This document shows, one piece after another, positions 1-8,349 of a DNA stretch of 64,000 nucleotides (its first letter is position 1; each line of letters begins with the position of its first letter). Position numbers and translations under genes: made by a program. The notes beneath the pieces are model-generated. The model was not told where the DNA came from, searched no databases, and worked only from the letters and a program-made list of their open reading frames with translations. The stretch comes from Betaproteobacteria bacterium (lineage in GTDB: Bacteria > Acidobacteriota > Vicinamibacteria > Vicinamibacterales > CAVVIG01), in NCBI GenBank assembly GCA_050257855.1, contig JBLMXQ010000133.1, positions 51,651 to 115,650 on the forward strand. The letters run 5' to 3'.

Positions 1-2
1 AG

Positions 3-728
3 GCGCCGGAGTTGACGCGGGCGGAGCCTGCGTGGCGCGAAGCTGCGCGGGCGCTCGTGCGGCGTCTGCAGTTCGGGCTGTCGCGAAGGTGGCAGCCGGC
101 GCCGAGAGGACAGCGGTTCCATCTTCGCCGCACCCTGAGAGCCAGCCTGCAGACCGGCGGCGAGGCGTTGACCGTGCGATGGCTGCGGCGTCCCAGGCGC
201 ACTCCGAGATTCGTGCTGCTGATCGACGGCAGCCGCTCGATGGGCGCCTACGCACGGACCGCGCTTCGGATCGCGGTGGCGCTTGCGGGCGCGACGGTGC
301 GGCTGGAGGCGTTCACGTTCTCGACGGCGCTCCAGCGCGTGACGAACGACGTGCGGCGCGCGGCTGCGGGCGAAACACGCCCGCTCGAGCCTGCGCCGCA
401 TGCGTGGGCCGGCGGTACGAGCATCGGCCGCTGCCTCCGCGACTTCCTGCTGCAATTCGGCGCGCGCCTGGTCGGGCGAGACACGATCGTCGTGATCGTG
501 AGCGACGGCCTCGACGTCGGCGAGCCCGACGTGCTGCGCGCGGCCATGCGCGAGTTGCACCGGCGATCGGCCGGCGTCGTGTGGCTGAACCCTCTCCTCG
601 AGACGGCCGGCTACGAACCGAGCGCCGCCGGCATGCGCGCGGCACGGCCGTACATCACCACCTTTGCCTGCGTGAACGACCCGGCGGGGCTCGCGCGCCT
701 GTCGCGTCTCGTGCGCGCGCGGGCGTGA
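3..728 (+). CDS. VWA-domain protein, CoxE-like (3' part; 5' end runs off the window)
   Basis: The frame stays open to the window edge. VLLIDGSRSM ... GGTSIG ... IVVIVSDGLD is a MIDAS/VWA pattern as in CoxE-type partners of MoxR ATPases. GC3 is high. Confidence 0.65.
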   Translation, partial: APELTRAEPAWREAARALVRRLQFGLSRRWQPAPRGQRFHLRRTLRASLQTGGEALTVRWLRRPRRTPRFVLLIDGSRSMGAYARTALRIAVALAGATVRLEAFTFSTALQRVTNDVRRAAAGETRPLEPAPHAWAGGTSIGRCLRDFLLQFGARLVGRDTIVVIVSDGLDVGEPDVLRAAMRELHRRSAGVVWLNPLLETAGYEPSAAGMRAARPYITTFACVNDPAGLARLSRLVRARA

Positions 729-946
729 GCCTCGCGCGCCCTCGCCGCGCCGATTCGGCTCGTGCCGGGAACCCGTCGCCTTGCTCAGCCCGCCTCGACC
801 TGCACGCTGGTTCGGACGTCGTCTCTTTCCTTTGCCTGCCGCCCGGTCTGGTACGCGACGTGCGATCGGTATCTTTCGCGGCCGGGCGAGATGAAAGTCC
901 TCCCGGAAACGATGCGCACGGCGAGCGGCCGACAAGGTGCGAAGGC

Positions 947-1687
947 ATGAGTACGAGACAGGTCCGGTACGCGCTGGCGGGCGGGATGCTCGGCCTCGGA
1001 GCGCCGGCCGGTCTGCTGCTGTTCCGCTTGCTGCGGCGCGGGCTGTCGGTGCGCTCCGCCGGACGGGAAATCGGCGCGGATCTCGAGACCTACTTCTTCG
1101 CAGGCGCGTCGACCACTCTCGCGTTGGCGATGTTCGGCGGCATCCTGGGCCGGTTTGCCGACCGGCTGGCGCAGCTCGCCATGACCGATTCGCTGACACA
1201 CCTGTTCAACGCGCGTGCGTTCGACGAGCGCCTGCATCAGGAACTGGAACGGGCGGCTCGTTATCACGAGCCGCTGTCGCTGCTGATGATCGATCTCGAC
1301 GGCCTCAAGCGCGTCAACGACACATATGGGCACGAGGCGGGCGATGCGGCGCTTCGGTCGATTGCATCGGTCATCCGCCTGGGGCTGCGCGAGATCGACG
1401 TGGGCGCGCGTCTTGGCGGCGACGAGTTCGCCGTGCTCGCGCCCAGCACGGACGCGGAATCGGCGCTCGTGCTCGCCGAGCGGCTGCGCGCGCTCGTCGC
1501 GAAGCGAGCCGACGGCCGCACCGGCCGCGGCACGACCATCTCCATCGGGTCCGCTTCGCTCGCGCCCTCCGGCGGTCAGGTCGTCACGGCGACGGCCCTG
1601 ATGACCGCCGCCGACGAAGCGCTCTATCAGGCGAAGCGCCAGGGTGGAAACCGGGTGGTCACCATCGGGCGGCGGCATACGGCGTGA
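947..1687 (+). CDS. Membrane-anchored diguanylate cyclase (2 TM + GGDEF)
   Basis: In-frame ATG at 947 inside the longer spurious 32..1687 ORF. Two hydrophobic helices are followed by LSLLMIDLDGLKRVNDTYGHEAGD ... RLGGDEFAVL ... ADEALYQAKRQGGNRV. An RxxD I-site (REID) lies 5 residues before GGDEF. Confidence 0.85.
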   Translation: MSTRQVRYALAGGMLGLGAPAGLLLFRLLRRGLSVRSAGREIGADLETYFFAGASTTLALAMFGGILGRFADRLAQLAMTDSLTHLFNARAFDERLHQELERAARYHEPLSLLMIDLDGLKRVNDTYGHEAGDAALRSIASVIRLGLREIDVGARLGGDEFAVLAPSTDAESALVLAERLRALVAKRADGRTGRGTTISIGSASLAPSGGQVVTATALMTAADEALYQAKRQGGNRVVTIGRRHTA

Positions 1688-1785
1688 ACACGTCGCGCCG
1701 ATGAACGCGCTGGCGGCCGGGCGCGAGGGAGACGGAGACGGCGCTGGCAATGGCGCTGTTTGACCTCAGCACAGGAGCCACACCT

Positions 1786-2184
1786 ATGGCCGACCATGAC
1801 ACCGAGTCCATCAGCGGGCTGATACACAGCATCCTGGAAGACGCGCGCGGCCTGATTCGCGAGGAGATCGGACTGGCGCGCGCCGAAATTCGTGAAGAGT
1901 TCTCGAACATCCAGACGGCCGGGATTGCGTTCGGCGCGGCGGCGCTCGCGGCGTTCATCGGTGCGCTCCTGCTGTGCGGCGCCATCGGCGGAGCCGTCGC
2001 CCACCTCCTGCGCTGGCCGCCGTGGACCGGCTACGGCATCGTCGCGGTGCTGCTGCTCGGGAGTGCGTTTCTGCTGGTGCGCTACGGGAGACGGCGGCTC
2101 GCTGACGTTCGCGGTCTTCCGGTGACGACCGGGACCATCAAGGAGAACCTGGCGTGGATGCAGAGCAAGTCCGCCGGGAAATGA
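1786..2184 (+). CDS. Holin-X / phage-holin-3_6-like small membrane protein
   Basis: ATG 1786 lies 8 nt after AGGAG (1773-1777). An amphipathic N-terminus (LIREEIGLARAEIREE) is followed by two TM helices, the pattern of the putative Holin-X family. Assigned by eye. Confidence 0.55.
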   Translation: MADHDTESISGLIHSILEDARGLIREEIGLARAEIREEFSNIQTAGIAFGAAALAAFIGALLLCGAIGGAVAHLLRWPPWTGYGIVAVLLLGSAFLLVRYGRRRLADVRGLPVTTGTIKENLAWMQSKSAGK

Positions 2185-2241
2185 AGATCGCCAGGGCGTC
2201 GATCGATCGCCGGCGGGAGGCCGTGATGCGGCGCGGGCGGA

Positions 2242-2679
2242 TTACCAGCTGTTGAGGGCGAGGGCGGAATCGAGGCCGGGCAGATCGGCTCCCGCCGTGT
2301 GCACCGCCCGGGCGAACCCGTCGGCGACCGATTCGAGCGTATCGGCCTGGGCGGAGGCCTCGTAATCCTCGATGACGCGGAGCGGGTTGTTGAATTTCAT
2401 CGCTACCTGATATTGCGGGCCTGCCGAGGCGAGAGCCGTCAGCTGGCATCGCACGACCCGTCCCCGGAGCCGCTGAGAGGCGTCGGCCATCAGAATCTCG
2501 AGCTGGCCCTCGCTGCCCGGCCGCAGTCGCTGCCCGCAATCGAACAGGATTCCTCCGCTCGAGAGATTGATCACCTGCACCGTCTCGGAGGCCACGCGGG
2601 CACCGATGATCTGCGGCAGCTCGTTCAGCGGCCGTCGGGGAGACGATCGGCGGTCGGACGGATCCTTCAGAACCCCCAT
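2242..2679 (-). CDS. PilZ domain protein (c-di-GMP receptor candidate)
   Basis: RSSPR (RxxxR) is followed about 25 aa later by NLSSGG ((D/N)xSxxG). The start overlaps the stop of the upstream PAS gene by 13 nt. Confidence 0.7.
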   Translation of the reverse strand: MGVLKDPSDRRSSPRRPLNELPQIIGARVASETVQVINLSSGGILFDCGQRLRPGSEGQLEILMADASQRLRGRVVRCQLTALASAGPQYQVAMKFNNPLRVIEDYEASAQADTLESVADGFARAVHTAGADLPGLDSALALNSW

Positions 2680-4100
2680 TGCATCTCTCCATGTGTGTCT
2701 TGAGGCGGCGTTTCCCGACCGACCGTTTCGGTGGGCGTTTTCGGATCGACGGGCGATTCCCCGGTGATGGTGTCCCCGGCAGGTTTCTCCCGGGCGGACA
2801 CGTCTGCGAGCGATGCTTCCTGGCCCGGCGTCTCCAGGACCGACGTCTCATGAACAGGCGTCAGTTGAACGGAGTATTCCTGGAGGCGTATCTCCCGGAA
2901 GGGCAGCGCCTCGCCGCACGTCGTCGCCGCTTCCGGATCGGCCGGCGCGTGCGCGTCGGATTCCGTACGGATCTCTTCCACGTTCCCGCAGTCGTCGACC
3001 AGCCGCTCCACGCGGGCGCTCACGGCCTGCAGCGAGCCGAGGAGGCCGGCCAGTTTGCCCTGCCACTGCCTGCGCTGGTCGATGGCCTGCTCGACGCGCG
3101 TCCGTTCCGCCTCGCGGATACGCTCGATCTCTTCCTGGATGGCGAGCTGCGCTTCGGCCGTGCGGGCGAGCTCGTCTTCCAGCTCCCGGATATCCTGACG
3201 GAACTGTTCGCGCTCGCGCTGATGGCCCCGCTCCGCCTCTTCGAGCCTGATCCGGGACGTCTCGCGCTCCGCCGTCAGCTCCGCGGACAGGGCCGCCTCC
3301 CGGTGTTCGAGCTGGCCTACCTTTATTCGCAGCGCCTCGGCTTCGCCGACGAGCGCTTCGCGTTCGGCAGCCAGCGCCCCGTGTTCGGCAACCAGCGCTT
3401 CGCGCTCGAGCCGCCACTGGTTCGCCGCCTCTGCGTGCTCCGCCTCGGCGTCGATCAGTGCAGCCCGCATCCGATTCCGCGTCTCGCGAAGCGTGTCGCC
3501 GATCGTCTGCTGTTCGGCCTTGATTCTCGCGGAGAGCCGATCGCATTCCGCCCTGGACTCTCCGAGCGCCTGTTCCAGACCCGTGCGCTCGGCGATGTGC
3601 TGCGCCCGCACGGCGTCGGCCTGTTCGTGCATCTGCCGCAGCGCGGCGTTCAGACGCTCGCGATCGGTCACGTCCCAGGTCGCCCCGAGAAACGCTGCAG
3701 GCGCCACGCCTTCACGCGCGAGAGGAACCGCATGGGTCTCGACGGCGCATCTGGCGCCGTCCGGCTTCACGAGCGCATATTCGAGGGTGCCCGCCTTGCC
3801 GCGACAGACCTCCTCGACGAAGGCTCGGAACCGAGCGCGGTCCGGCGGTGCGAGGTGCGTCTCCAGCGTCTGGCCCAGGACCTGATCGAGCCGCCCAGCG
3901 CCGAGCAGGGCCATGGCGGAGCGATTCGCGGCCAGGATCCGGCCATCCGCATCGGCCAGCACGATGCTGACGGGCGCGGACTCGATGATCATTCTCAGGC
4001 GGAGCTCCACTGGTCCCGCGGTGGGCGCCGCTGTTTCATGACGGCCGCCGGCCGCCTCGTCGCGTTGAAGTTCGTGAACAGGGCTCATCGGTCGCACCAT
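2667..4100 (-). CDS. PAS domain protein with long coiled-coil and Pro/Thr/Glu-rich tail
   Basis: N-terminal PAS-like block (IIESAPVSIVLADADGRILAANRSAMALLG ... GATWDVTDRERL). It is followed by about 230 aa of heptad-like E/R/A/L-rich sequence. Co-oriented with and overlapping the PilZ gene. Confidence 0.7.
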   Translation of the reverse strand: MVRPMSPVHELQRDEAAGGRHETAAPTAGPVELRLRMIIESAPVSIVLADADGRILAANRSAMALLGAGRLDQVLGQTLETHLAPPDRARFRAFVEEVCRGKAGTLEYALVKPDGARCAVETHAVPLAREGVAPAAFLGATWDVTDRERLNAALRQMHEQADAVRAQHIAERTGLEQALGESRAECDRLSARIKAEQQTIGDTLRETRNRMRAALIDAEAEHAEAANQWRLEREALVAEHGALAAEREALVGEAEALRIKVGQLEHREAALSAELTAERETSRIRLEEAERGHQREREQFRQDIRELEDELARTAEAQLAIQEEIERIREAERTRVEQAIDQRRQWQGKLAGLLGSLQAVSARVERLVDDCGNVEEIRTESDAHAPADPEAATTCGEALPFREIRLQEYSVQLTPVHETSVLETPGQEASLADVSAREKPAGDTITGESPVDPKTPTETVGRETPPQDTHGEMQWGF

Positions 4101-4594
4101 CCCGAGCTTTTATCGGCACCGCCGTGCACAGGGACCAGCCGTATCCATTCTCATCGGCCCACTATTCGACATGACTCGAGACGACTCTAGAGCAATTATA
4201 CGCGCGCTGTGGCAATCCCGGCAGAATTTTTTTTCGCGGACGGGACTATTGGGCGGCATGTCCTGTTTCGGAACAGTGCCAACGCCAGCTTGTGCAAGAA
4301 CGCTGCATACGCATCCCGCGGCGATTGTCTGCGTGCGGCCGGCGTCCGCGGGGCACCCCGGTCGCTGCCGCGAGCCGGTGGATCGATCGACGGGCGCGCG
4401 ACGGGGCTCCCCAAAATATTTTGAATAGAAACTAAATTGATCCATGCTGGTTCGCGGCGGCGCCGGCGCCCCTTCGTCTTGGGCGGAGAGCCATCTGCAC
4501 GCGGCTGCGCTCGTCAGCGTTCGCCCGTCGCGGAGCGGACGCACAAAAGTCTTCCCCGCGGAAGATTTGGTCTCGACAGTTTTGTCACGTCGTC

Positions 4595-6007
4595 GTGTCG
4601 CGTTCAGCAGCTCTACCTTATGGTAGCCTTCGTACTGCAGACGTCATGGCGTTCCCCCACGTCCATTACGCCGCCGAGAGCCCGCCGCAGTACGTACTGC
4701 TGGCGAGCGATGACCTGGCGCAGGCCGCGAAATGGCTCGCGGCTATCGGAGAAACCGGCGCGGAGATTCGCATCGCTCACGACGGCGAACGCGGCCTCGA
4801 GATTCTCGCCCGTACCGGCGCTCCGATCCTTCTCATCACCGATCTGGCCCTGCCCAACAAGGACGGCTTCGCGCTCGCCGAAGCGCTGCGTCAGCGCAGC
4901 GGACCAGACACCTCGATCCTCATCGGCGTGTCGCGGTGTCGCGAGCTGCTGGACCGCGCCCGCGCGCGACGCGATCTCGGCTTCGCGGCCGTGCTGTCCG
5001 CCTCGGACGTCGATGCGCTGGGCGTGGCCGTCCGGCGCGCGCTCCGGTCCATCCGCGTTCCCGCGCAGCCGCAGGCCGTCGTCTCGCCGGCGTCGGATCG
5101 ATCGGCGGTCGAGTCCGTGATGCGCGAGATCGCCGACGAAGCGGTGCGCCTCACGCGCGTCCCCGGCGTGGTGCTGTATCTGCAGGCCGGTTCCTCCGAG
5201 CGATTCCGAGCGAACCTCACCTGGGTCTCCGAGAAGGACAGGCGATCGCCGCTGTCGACCGCGCACGTGTTCCGCACGATGGTCGAGTCGGTTCGCGGCA
5301 TCGTCGCCACGGCGATTCCCGGCGAGCAGCACGGCAAGGCGATCGGCGTCCTCTGTGTGTTCGATATCGGACCGCTCGCGCTCGGCGCGCGCGAGATCGA
5401 CGCCCTTCGCGATCTGGCGGGTCGCGCCGGACGGAGGCTGCAGCAACTGGTCGAGAGGGCGGTTCCGGAGCGCCACGAGTTCTCGCTCGCGCCCTCGCCG
5501 TCGCTGCCGCCGACCGACATCGCGGCGCTCTCGCGCCTGGCTCTCGCCGACCCGCTCACCGGCCTGGCCAACCGCCGGGGTGGGGAACTGTCCATCGATC
5601 GGGAAGTCGCGCGCGCCCGCCGGGAGGGCCGTCCCCTGAGCGTGCTCTTCCTCGACGTGGATCGGTTCAAGATCATCAACGACGTGGGCGGTCATCTTCT
5701 CGGCGATCACGTCCTGCGGGGAGTGAGCGAGACGCTGACGCGCGTGCTCAGACGTTCGGATCTCGCGATTCGCTGGGGTGGGGAGGAGTTCGTCGTCATC
5801 CTGCCGAACGTCCGGCTGCAGGAGGCGCGGCGCGTGGCCGAGCGGGTCCGCGTCGCGATGCAGGACATCCAGCTCGACAGCTCCCGCGTGACCGTCTCGG
5901 GGGGTGTCGCCGAAATGACCGAGGACGAAGACTTCACGAGCGTCCTCAAGCGCGCCGACGATCAGCTTCGGGCGGCCAAACAGCAGGGTCGAAACCGGAT
6001 CTTCTGA
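4595..6007 (+). CDS. Receiver-like / GAF-like / GGDEF diguanylate cyclase (GGEEF)
   Basis: LLASDD ... ILLITDLALPNKDGFAL is receiver-like. The C-terminal part is LSVLFLDVDRFKIINDVGGHLLGD ... RRSDLAIRWGGEEFVVIL ... ADDQLRAAKQQGRNR. The start is uncertain (GTG 4595 or ATG 4646). Confidence 0.8.
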   Translation: MSRSAALPYGSLRTADVMAFPHVHYAAESPPQYVLLASDDLAQAAKWLAAIGETGAEIRIAHDGERGLEILARTGAPILLITDLALPNKDGFALAEALRQRSGPDTSILIGVSRCRELLDRARARRDLGFAAVLSASDVDALGVAVRRALRSIRVPAQPQAVVSPASDRSAVESVMREIADEAVRLTRVPGVVLYLQAGSSERFRANLTWVSEKDRRSPLSTAHVFRTMVESVRGIVATAIPGEQHGKAIGVLCVFDIGPLALGAREIDALRDLAGRAGRRLQQLVERAVPERHEFSLAPSPSLPPTDIAALSRLALADPLTGLANRRGGELSIDREVARARREGRPLSVLFLDVDRFKIINDVGGHLLGDHVLRGVSETLTRVLRRSDLAIRWGGEEFVVILPNVRLQEARRVAERVRVAMQDIQLDSSRVTVSGGVAEMTEDEDFTSVLKRADDQLRAAKQQGRNRIF

Positions 6008-6100
6008 CGCCCTGCGCCCATGCCGGGGTTTGGACCCGCCAGACCGCCCTACACAGACGGGGCGCCGGGCCGATAAACCAGGCAACGGAGAGCTCATCAT

Positions 6101-6610
6101 ATGGATGCCTGGCGCCCTGTGAACCCTGTGACCCCCAGTCCGCGGCCGGGCTACGTGCCGCTGCCGCGCTCGACCACCTCGAGGCAACCGAGCGTGCTGC
6201 CGGCCGACGCCTTCTCGCTGGCGCTCGATCTGGAATTGAAGCGCGCCAGACTGTCCCGCGGGGCCTTCACCCTGGTCGTCTTCGAAGCGACCCGCCCCTC
6301 CGACGACGGCTGGACGGGTGACGCGGCCGCGGCGAAGGAGTTGTGTCGTGTCATCCGCGCGTGCGTGCGGGAGGCCGACCTTCTCGGCGAGACCGGAAAC
6401 GGTACGCTGACGCTCGTGCTCGCCGACGCCGGCGCCAAAGACTCGCAACGAGCCATCACGCGGCTCATTTCACGCGTCGAGGCCTCCGATCTGCTGCAGT
6501 CCCGCCAGCTGACGGTCGGAGTGGCGTCGTTCCCCGATCAGGGGTTCGATGCCGACTCGCTCCGGCAGCGGGCCAGATCGCGGCTCGTCGTCATCGGCGC
6601 GCACGCCTGA
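6101..6610 (+). CDS. Degenerate GGDEF-like domain protein (A-site lost, RxxD retained)
   Basis: Collinear with the GGDEF fold: LELKRARLSRGAFTLVVFE ... CVREADLLGETGNGTLTLVLADAG ... TVGVASFPDQG. GNGTL sits where GGDEF should be, and READ lies 5 residues upstream of it. Confidence 0.55.
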   Translation: MDAWRPVNPVTPSPRPGYVPLPRSTTSRQPSVLPADAFSLALDLELKRARLSRGAFTLVVFEATRPSDDGWTGDAAAAKELCRVIRACVREADLLGETGNGTLTLVLADAGAKDSQRAITRLISRVEASDLLQSRQLTVGVASFPDQGFDADSLRQRARSRLVVIGAHA

Positions 6611-6957
6611 CGGGCTGAGCGGTAACGTCACCGTCGGGCTGCCTCCGGTCCGCAGCTTGCATCGCGCCGGGCCCGCAGGACCTGAGGCCTCGACGGATCC
6701 GCTCGATCCGCTCGACCCGCTCGACGCGCAGCAGATCGTGATTGAGTACGCGCGGCTCCTCGAGCGCGACATCAGCGAGAATCGCCACCCGGCGCGCGTT
6801 GACAGCCTTCCGTACGCAAAACCGATCATCAAGTCGGCCATCCGGACGTCGGCGACGCAGCTCGCGGCCTCCGGTCAGCTCTCGGACGAGCTTCGCGACG
6901 ACCGAGGACATGGAGGTACTCCGCGCAGAGTTCCGGAGCTTCTTCGAACCCGCCTGA
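6549..6957 (+). pseudogene. Hypothetical small protein gene with an apparent frameshift near 6896-6908
   Basis: The high-GC3 frame (..QQIVIEYARLLERDISENRHPARVDSLPYAKPIIKSAIRTSATQLAASGQLSDELRDD) loses coding character after about 6900. High GC3 resumes in the neighbouring frame (TEDMEVLRAEFRSFFEPA, stop 6955-6957). The start is unclear. Confidence 0.35.
6696..6725 (+). repeat. 9-bp tandem repeat (GATCCGCTC, about 3.3 copies) encoding DPLDPLDPLD
   Basis: Read directly: gatccgctc gatccgctc gacccgctc gac. Confidence 0.8.
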
Positions 6958-6970
6958 TCACGCTCGACGG

Positions 6971-7799
6971 TTGAGGCCAGGCCGTCGGTCTTCAGGACAC
7001 GTGTGCCATGTCCGCGATTTCCAGCCGATCGTCGCGTATCTGTTCACCGAGTACAAGTGCAACCTCGATTGCCACTACTGCTACTCATTCGACAACCGCG
7101 TCAAAGGCATGACCGAGGAGGTGGCGCGCGTCTCGCTGGACTGGCTGCACTCGACGACCTGCCGGGTGCTCGCGTTGATGGGCGGCGAAGTGATCCTCCG
7201 GCCGAAGTTCTTGCACAAGGTCGTCTATTACGCGGCGAAGAGGGGGGTCTGGATCTAAGCCGAAGGCGCTCACGCCGATTCGCTCGTACTTCGAGCACCT
7301 GGCGAAGAAGCAGTACCGCTACGGTTACACGGTCTTCTTCAACATCAACATCTGCCGCAACAACCTCGACGACGTGAGAGAGCTGACCGAGATCGCGCAC
7401 GACCACAAGATCTCGACCGACTATCACATCAACGAGGGAGCCGCTCGTCGAGCAGCCGCACTTCAAGCACCTGGGCGGGAACCCGACCTACTTCCGCCTC
7501 GCGGCGCGCACCACGAGCCGTGGAACTGCCGCGCGGGGCAGAACACGGTCATCATCCGCGTCGACGGCACGCTGGCGCCCTGCTTTCCGATGTACTCGGC
7601 GTCGCACGACCGGGGAGTCGTCGGCGAGCCGAAGTTCGACCGCGCGCAGCTCCTGGACATGAAAGCGACGTGCGAGCCGAACTGCTTCTCGACGCTGAAT
7701 CACATCGTCGGCTGGTGCTACAACGACGCCCGTGTCGTCAGGTGGCTGGCGCGACAGGCGCTGCACGGGTTCCAGGGCGTGCGCGGCAACTTCGAATAG
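6971..7799 (+). pseudogene. Radical SAM (SPASM/twitch-like C-terminus) gene, disrupted
   Basis: The N-terminal part carries CNLDCHYC (CxxxCxxC) and ends at TAA 7256-7258, just after a G6 run (7242-7247). The sequence continues in another frame (KPKALTPIRSYFEHLAKKQYRYGYTVFFNINICRNNLDDVRELTEIAHDHKISTDYHINE). A further frame change lies near 7437-7500 before WNCRAGQNTVIIRVDGTLAPCFPMY ... CEPNCFSTLNHIVGWCY. Confidence 0.6.
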
Positions 7800-7944
7800 C
7801 GGCCGCCGCGGCGGGCCTGCCGCCGCGGGCGCAGACCGGTGCCCGCCAGGCGCGGCCGGATCCCACCGTGCTGGCCGATGCGAGCCGGCGTGGCTCGGGG
7901 GGCAGTGTAAGCGACTGACAGGGAAGAACATAGCTGAGCAGCAC

Positions 7945-7973
7945 TTGCTATTCGATGTCGATTGGGCTAATAT
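7945..7973 (+). promoter_or_regulatory. Sigma-70-type promoter candidate for the suf operon (TTGCTA-N17-TAATAT)
   Basis: TTGCTA at 7945-7950, a 17-nt spacer, and TAATAT at 7968-7973, 34 nt before the sufA ATG. It lies in a locally AT-richer stretch. A CCGACC/GGTCGG inverted repeat (7974-7979 / 7998-8003) follows. Confidence 0.45.
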
Positions 7974-8006
7974 CCGACCAAGAAAGTCGTATATCCAGGT
8001 CGGGCC

Positions 8007-8333
8007 ATGATTGAGATCACGCCACGTGCGGCCGCGCAGATTCAACGAATGCTCGCGAAGCGGAGCAGGGACGAACGTGGTCTGCGGATTGGCGTCAAGG
8101 CCGGCGGTTGCTCGGGATTCGAGTACACGTTCGCCTGGGAATCGTCGCCGCGGGACACCGACGCCGTGTTCGAGGGAGCAGACGGCGCGAAGGTCTTCGT
8201 GGATCCGAAGAGCCTGCGCGTGCTCGACGGGACCGTGCTGGACTACGACACGAGCCTGTTGAGCAAGGGCTTCATCTTCAACAACCCGCACGCGAAGAGC
8301 ACCTGCGGGTGCGGAGCGTCGTTCAGTGTCTGA
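8007..8333 (+). CDS. sufA: A-type Fe-S cluster carrier (HesB/IscA/SufA family)
   Basis: GLRIGVKAGGCSGFEY ... FIFNNPHAKSTCGCGASFSV is the canonical C-x(n)-CGCG motif. It is the first gene of the suf cluster. Confidence 0.9.
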   Translation: MIEITPRAAAQIQRMLAKRSRDERGLRIGVKAGGCSGFEYTFAWESSPRDTDAVFEGADGAKVFVDPKSLRVLDGTVLDYDTSLLSKGFIFNNPHAKSTCGCGASFSV

Positions 8334-8349
8334 GGCTCGTCGCTGTGAG

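Noticed and set aside
729-946. Possible c-di-GMP riboswitch or RNase P-like string (GAGATGAAAGTCCTCCCGG) in the 219-nt leader of the first GGDEF gene.
   Set aside because: - The GEMM core elements are not present.
- The region is too short for RNase P RNA.
- Only a short accidental match to GAAAGUCC is present.
2181-2255. 24-codon ORF (MKIARASIDRRREAVMRRGRITSC) overlapping the holin-like gene stop (ATGA).
   Set aside because: - There is no SD.
- The translation is a very short Arg-rich peptide.
- Its end runs into the convergent PilZ gene.
- It cannot be supported from sequence alone.
4173-4192. Adjacent CTCGAG and TCTAGA sites (ctcgagacgactctagag) that look like a cloning polylinker.
   Set aside because: These are two 6-mers in otherwise native-looking intergenic DNA. 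No vector backbone features are present, so this is most likely chance.
4211-4225. Sigma-54-like strings with wrong geometry: TGGCAATCCCGGCAG at 4211-4225, GGCACGGCGGCGTGC at about 48070-48084, GGCACGCAAGGTCTGC at about 29950-29965, and GGCACGGAAGCCGC directly abutting the pncB ATG.
   Set aside because: The GG-to-GC spacing is off by 1-2 nt or the TTGC box is missing. In the pncB case the element is too close to a well-supported start codon.
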